Below, piece by piece: positions 16,503 to 20,000 of a stretch of 20,000 nt of DNA; within the stretch, counting starts at the first letter, position 1, and each line of letters opens with the position of its first letter. Source of the stretch: an uncultured virus (IMG/VR IMGVR_UViG_3300033417_000007) (taxonomy: Duplodnaviria > Heunggongvirae > Uroviricota > Caudoviricetes); IMG/VR virus record IMGVR_UViG_3300033417_000007. One strand, written 5' to 3'. The position numbers and the translations under genes are program-made. Under the pieces are notes generated by a model. It saw nothing but the letters and a program-made list of their open reading frames with translations, did not search any database and had not been told where the DNA came from.

Positions 16503-16665
16503 CCGGATCCCCTTTCTTTTGGTCCCGCGCGGCGCGCGCGCCTTCACATTTCGATTCGTGCTTGAGGCTGCAGTTTCGGAAGCGGTAGTCCTGGCAGACG
16601 CACGCCTTGCAATAAGGGCAAAGCGCGATGCACGGCCAGCCGCACTCGGAGCAGGAGGCGCCCAC
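16279..16665 (-). CDS. Cys-rich zinc-finger hypothetical protein
   Basis: GTG overlapping the upstream TAG; CSEC..C..CPYC..C.C..C..H..C; the tail runs 224 nt into the nuclease gene in another frame. Confidence 0.55.
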   Translation of the reverse strand: MGASCSECGWPCIALCPYCKACVCQDYRFRNCSLKHESKCEGARAARDQKKGDPDGVRASAVADQEPLPVQGGGLPQVPRAVSPAVRGEGPAAVPTRHDVGDRRPRRPRVRPGSKKARGKRPLRKRAR

Positions 16666-17714
16666 TAGAACATCCGCTCCTCTACTTCGCCGCCGCTCGC
16701 GGCGGCTTCCTCGGCGACGACCTCCTTCTTGGCGGCCGGCGCGGGAGCCGGCGCCTTGAAGCCGACCGGCCAGCGCGTCTCCTGCGTCGGCAGGTGGACG
16801 ACGGTGAGGGTCTTGGTGCCGTCCACCGTCACGTCCTTGAGTGCGCACTCGCCGGAGCCCACCAGGCGCAACTGCGGTCCGAGCTTGAGGATGAGGTCTT
16901 CGGTCAGGTCCCGGACGCGGTCCTTCCCGGTCAAGCGCCGAAGGACGTTTCGCTGCTTGGCTTCCGTGTCGAGCTGCGGAACCGCCGCCTTGAAAACGAC
17001 CCAGAACTGCTGCTGCATCGTGAGTTGCCGCTTCTTGGCGGGATCGACGACGCCATCTTGCGCGCCCTTTTGGTCCTGGGCGGGCGCCTTGGTCTCGGGA
17101 GCAGGCTTCTTGGGGCCCTCCGGCTTCTCCTGCTTGCTCGGCGCTGGAGCGTCCTTCATGACGCCGCCGGTCGCCGGGGCTCCCTTGGGCCTGGAGCTCC
17201 CCTTCGCGCCGCCCTTGCGGATGATGAGCTTGATGAACTCGAGAAGGAAGTCCTGCGGGAGGAGCGCCTGCTTCGCGTTACGGACGGCCTGCGACACAGC
17301 CTTCTCGAAGAACGAGGGGTCGGCGCGGACCTCTCCGCTCCTGAGCTTCTCCTTGACCCACTTGCGCTTGGATCCGATCTCGGACCCCAGTACCACGCGG
17401 GCGCCCGTCTGCTTGTCGATCTTCACCCGGCGCGCGAGCACCTGCACCAGGATGTAGTCCGGATCCACCGGGTCGTACCGGACGTCCGCGACCCCGACGA
17501 CCTCGATCACCTCCCCCTGCTCTTCGAGCTTGCGACAGGCGAGCTTGACCGCCCGGTACGTCAGCGCGTAGCCGCCATGGATGGGGAAGATGAACTTGTC
17601 CTCCTCGTAGACGAAGCCGCTGAGTTCGTCGAGGAGCTGCTTCTCGTCTCCGAGCGTGAGGTCGACGTCGTGCGCGGGGGCGGCCGGGAGCGCCTGGTTC
17701 TCGGTCATGCTCAT
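16665..17714 (-). CDS. Putative single-strand annealing / recombination protein (Rad52/Sak-like fold suspected)
   Basis: N-domain ending DPSFFEKAVSQAVRNAKQALLP, Pro/Ala/Lys linker, small helical domain, acidic tail ending in F; adjacent to the exonuclease; SD AAGGAG. Confidence 0.6.
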   Translation of the reverse strand: MSMTENQALPAAPAHDVDLTLGDEKQLLDELSGFVYEEDKFIFPIHGGYALTYRAVKLACRKLEEQGEVIEVVGVADVRYDPVDPDYILVQVLARRVKIDKQTGARVVLGSEIGSKRKWVKEKLRSGEVRADPSFFEKAVSQAVRNAKQALLPQDFLLEFIKLIIRKGGAKGSSRPKGAPATGGVMKDAPAPSKQEKPEGPKKPAPETKAPAQDQKGAQDGVVDPAKKRQLTMQQQFWVVFKAAVPQLDTEAKQRNVLRRLTGKDRVRDLTEDLILKLGPQLRLVGSGECALKDVTVDGTKTLTVVHLPTQETRWPVGFKAPAPAPAAKKEVVAEEAAASGGEVEERMF

Positions 17715-17860
17715 TCTCCTTTATCTGATTCCTTCTTCACCGGGCACGTCTTGTACCCGTGTTCCCATTGACAGTTTCGAGTCTTGCAATAGTGCCCGAT
17801 GTGGTCGCGGGATCGACGCCGACCGCAGTAACGGCAGTAGAGGGGGCACGGACACTTCAT
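17711..17860 (-). CDS. Small Cys-rich protein (49 aa)
   Basis: ATGA coupling at both ends; CPC..CRYC..HYC..C..C. Confidence 0.6.
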   Translation of the reverse strand: MKCPCPLYCRYCGRRRSRDHIGHYCKTRNCQWEHGYKTCPVKKESDKGE

Positions 17861-18030
17861 CGGGTTCGCCCCCAGCACATGGCGAGATGAAGCTCCACGT
17901 TTTCCGCGCAGACCCCACCACGCCAAGCCCGTCGCACAATCCACCCGCACCCGCAACAGCGATAGATGTAGCAATCGTCGCTACCGGCTTCGTTTTTCGC
18001 GAAGCAGTTAATGCAGGAGACTGTGATCAT
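17857..18030 (-). CDS. Small zinc-ribbon protein (57 aa)
   Basis: ATGA coupling at both ends; CINC..CCGCG. Confidence 0.6.
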   Translation of the reverse strand: MITVSCINCFAKNEAGSDDCYIYRCCGCGWIVRRAWRGGVCAENVELHLAMCWGRTR

Positions 18031-18188
18031 CGGGAACGCGCACCTTTCATATCGCGCAAGAACTTCGCCAGCACCTTGTGGGCTTCCTTGTAGGCGCACT
18101 GAGGCCAACAAGAACAGCGACCTACCCCCGCGAGACCGAACAGCCGGTCTATCAACTTCTCGTTCCGCCTCTTCTGCTCAGGCGTCAT
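18027..18188 (-). CDS. Hypothetical protein (53 aa, MTPEQKRRNEKLIDRL...)
   Basis: ATGA coupling at both ends; SD GAGGAGG. Confidence 0.65.
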   Translation of the reverse strand: MTPEQKRRNEKLIDRLFGLAGVGRCSCWPQCAYKEAHKVLAKFLRDMKGARSR

Positions 18189-18331
18189 CGCGCCTCCTCT
18201 TCCTTCAGGCATCGTTCGCAGTAGGGCCTCCAGCCCTTGTAGTAGAGCGGGATGAACGGTCCCTCGTCGTACATCCCAGGGTCCCTGACCATCTTGTGCC
18301 CCAGGAGCCAGCAGAGCAGAGCGCGTAACAT
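18185..18331 (-). CDS. Small DUF1660-like phage protein (48 aa)
   Basis: MLRALLCWLLGHKM...YCERC; below the ORF-track cutoff; its stop overlaps the next ATG. Confidence 0.65.
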   Translation of the reverse strand: MLRALLCWLLGHKMVRDPGMYDEGPFIPLYYKGWRPYCERCLKEEEAR

Positions 18332-18336
18332 CAGAT

Positions 18337-18663
18337 TCACGCAGGCATTGAAATCCCGAGGATCGAACAGCCCTTCTCCCCGATACCCATCTTGATAGCC
18401 TCCTCACGGGAGGCGTGTAGGCTCATGTGAGAGTCGCACTGTCAGCCGTGTCCGGTGTAGTCCTGGGACTCCTCAAGAGCGCCCCATCGGCCATCCTTCA
18501 GGCGGAACAGGGCGTATCCCGTCTCCTCGTCCGGCACGGATGGCACCCACAGCTCGACCGACTCCACCATGTCGTGCTTGTAGTCCTGCGGATGCTCTAG
18601 GCAGCACGACGAGAGGAACTCCAACTCCTTCTTGAAGGCCGCCAGATCCGACTCAGTGGTCAT
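18337..18663 (-). CDS. Hypothetical protein with in-frame TGA at codon 74, candidate selenoprotein (UxC); 73 aa (18442..18663) if TGA terminates, 108 aa if recoded
   Basis: ...ESQDYTGHG-TGA-QCDSHMSLHASREEAIKMGIGEKGCSILGISMPA-TGA; the extension ends 5 nt before the next start codon. Confidence 0.65.
18398..18414 (-). promoter_or_regulatory. Candidate bacterial SECIS hairpin
   Basis: GCCUCC-CGUGA-GGAGGC; the loop begins 33 nt 3' of the UGA, with G (then U) at loop position 2. Confidence 0.4.
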
Positions 18664-18919
18664 TTCTCAAATCCTCCGATTTGCGCTTGGGCTTTGGATT
18701 GGCCTTCGGTGTCTTCTTGAAGTACTTCTCGTCCAGCCATCCGAAGTTGAAGCTGTTAGGGCCGATCCCGTGTAGCCAGAACCGTGCGAGCTTTCTCTCG
18801 TAGGCTTCCCGATGGACCCTTGACGCCTGCGCGAGAATCACCCGATCCTCGTCCGTCTCGGCGTACACGACGAATTGGAGTTCGGGCCAGCCGGTAGCCT
18901 TTGCCGCCTTGATCCTCAT
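18653..18919 (-). CDS. Hypothetical protein (88 aa)
   Basis: ATG 18919 with SD GGAGG; ATGA coupling. Confidence 0.65.
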   Translation of the reverse strand: MRIKAAKATGWPELQFVVYAETDEDRVILAQASRVHREAYERKLARFWLHGIGPNSFNFGWLDEKYFKKTPKANPKPKRKSEDLRNDH

Positions 18920-19089
18920 TTCCCCTCCGAAGTATGCCGCCTGCACCTGAAGCACCAGAACGGCGCGACCGTCTCCGTCGTCCACGCGCACCCCTCGATC
19001 TTGTACTCACCGGCAGGGAAGTAGGTCGGACCAGATACCGAATGGAGATGCCCAACGATCAGGCACCACAGCCTTTTGATGTAGTTCAT
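18916..19089 (-). CDS. Small DUF1660-like phage protein (57 aa)
   Basis: MNYIKRLWCLIVGH...WCFRC; not in the ORF track; fills the gap exactly. Confidence 0.65.
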   Translation of the reverse strand: MNYIKRLWCLIVGHLHSVSGPTYFPAGEYKIEGCAWTTETVAPFWCFRCRRHTSEGK

Positions 19090-19092
19090 AGG

Positions 19093-19431
19093 CTAGACCT
19101 GCGTATCCCCGAGGCCGACATGCGCCGTGTCGGGATTTGCCTTCCAGTCTCGTTGACGCACCTTCGCCCAGGTCGACTCGACGATCTCCTGCATGTCGAA
19201 GCCCCTGGAGGAGCAGTAATCCATCAGGTAGATCACCACGTCCGCAACGGCATCCTTGGCGTTCTCGACGTGGTTCTCGTTTTGACGGATGCCCTGCTCC
19301 TCTTTCAAGTGCGCGTGGGCCAGTTCTCCCAACTCCTCGACGGCCCCGAGGAGGGGGTGGTAGCTAGGGCGTTCCCCGAAGTTCTTCAGAACCCAAGCCC
19401 TCTGTTCTGCCTGGATCTCTCGTATGTTCAT
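19093..19431 (-). CDS. mazG: MazG-like nucleoside triphosphate pyrophosphohydrolase
   Basis: LLGAVEELGELAH (EExxE), KDAVADVVIYL, W.KV..RDW; SD GAGG. Confidence 0.85.
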   Translation of the reverse strand: MNIREIQAEQRAWVLKNFGERPSYHPLLGAVEELGELAHAHLKEEQGIRQNENHVENAKDAVADVVIYLMDYCSSRGFDMQEIVESTWAKVRQRDWKANPDTAHVGLGDTQV

Positions 19432-19441
19432 CGAATCCTCG

Positions 19442-19825
19442 TTAAACGAAAGCCTTCTTTTGCCAACCCGGAGCATAAATCCCGATCATCGCCATGAGAG
19501 GTTTAATCTCGTCGGCCCATCCGAGTTGCCCGGCAATCCCCGCGATGCCCATAGCGGCACCCCGACACCAAGTGCACGCCGAGCACCGGATGTCGGTAAG
19601 TTCGAGCACCTCACAGCCGTGGCATTTCTTCATTTGAATGATGGCGCTCCGAATCTGACGGTGTACGGCCCGGCGTAGTATTTCAATACTGGCGGGCTTG
19701 CCGCCGTCTTGAACGCAGAAGTCCCCAAGGGCCTCAACTTCCCTGCCGTCCTGGCTCGGATGGGCGCAGGTCGGAAACCCCGATAGAGTAATCGGCGGCT
19801 CCGGGAGTCCGTGTTTGTCTGTCAT
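19442..19825 (-). CDS. Cys-containing hypothetical protein (127 aa)
   Basis: ATG 19825 with SD GAGG; CHGC..CSAC..C. Confidence 0.65.
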   Translation of the reverse strand: MTDKHGLPEPPITLSGFPTCAHPSQDGREVEALGDFCVQDGGKPASIEILRRAVHRQIRSAIIQMKKCHGCEVLELTDIRCSACTWCRGAAMGIAGIAGQLGWADEIKPLMAMIGIYAPGWQKKAFV

Positions 19826-19836
19826 ATTTCCCCTCT

Positions 19837-20000
19837 TTAGACCTTCGCAGTTCCCGCCGCCTTCCAGCACGCAGCCCACTCGTCGATCCAGTCGACCGCG
19901 AGCTTCGCCGCATGGTTGTCCTTGGGTTTCTGGCCGGGCTGGATCATCGCGAACCACTGCTCGGCGGGCCTGCTCGAGTCGGGCGTGATCCCCTTGATCT
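19837..20000 (-). CDS. C-terminal part of a phage protein (possibly the tail domain of a pentapeptide-repeat protein)
   Basis: [41 protein letters not shown]...TAA; open from the window edge; family link is recollection only. Confidence 0.55.
   Translation of the reverse strand, partial: IKGITPDSSRPAEQWFAMIQPGQKPKDNHAAKLAVDWIDEWAACWKAAGTAKV

Larger units (their letters stand above)
1..20000 (-). mobile_element. Phage or prophage genome segment (early/middle/accessory region)
   Basis: One coding strand, dense short ORFs with ATGA/GTGA/TTGA overlaps, phage-typical genes (MazG, Cas4-like nuclease, SSAP-like protein, tyrosine recombinase, RNA ligase) and no housekeeping genes. No virion genes or boundaries are in the window. 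Confidence 0.85.

Noticed and set aside
5660..16674. Identical 12-mer GATGTTCTAGTG at two stop/start junctions (5660-5671 and 16663-16674)
   Set aside because: Several 12-mer matches are expected by chance in 20 kb, and both sites share the TAGTG coupling constraint; flanks do not extend the match enough to call an att site.
3861..17771. Long plus-strand ORFs (e.g. 3861..5099, 4532..5665, 8305..9168, 14311..15705, 16794..17771)
   Set aside because: Antisense shadows of GC-rich minus-strand genes; no recognisable motifs.
1..20000. Genome-wide TGA or TAG reassignment
   Set aside because: Many genes end in TGA or TAG that overlap or abut the next start, and recognisable domains are uninterrupted; only 18442 and possibly 948 look anomalous.

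Overview
A 20 kb segment of a high-GC dsDNA phage or prophage genome, apparently an early/middle or accessory region; no structural genes are visible. About 40 genes lie on the minus strand, most joined by overlapping stop/start codons. In transcription order (right to left): many small Cys-rich hypothetical genes and a MazG-like pyrophosphatase; a recombination pair (putative single-strand annealing protein plus Cas4-like PD-(D/E)XK nuclease); an ~8 kb glycosylation block (two double-glycosyltransferase fusions, three further GTs, two SAM methyltransferases, one secreted-looking protein with a carbohydrate-binding-like domain); a promoter-driven unit with an HTH gene and a zinc-finger tyrosine recombinase; a highly structured intergenic region; an RLIG1/DUF5565-like RNA ligase; and another GT2. 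The most striking observation is at 18337-18663: an in-frame TGA in a DYTGHG-TGA-QC context, followed by a 34-codon open extension that fills the intergenic gap and by a SECIS-like hairpin. This is a candidate phage-encoded selenoprotein. All family calls come from reading motifs, not from database searches.
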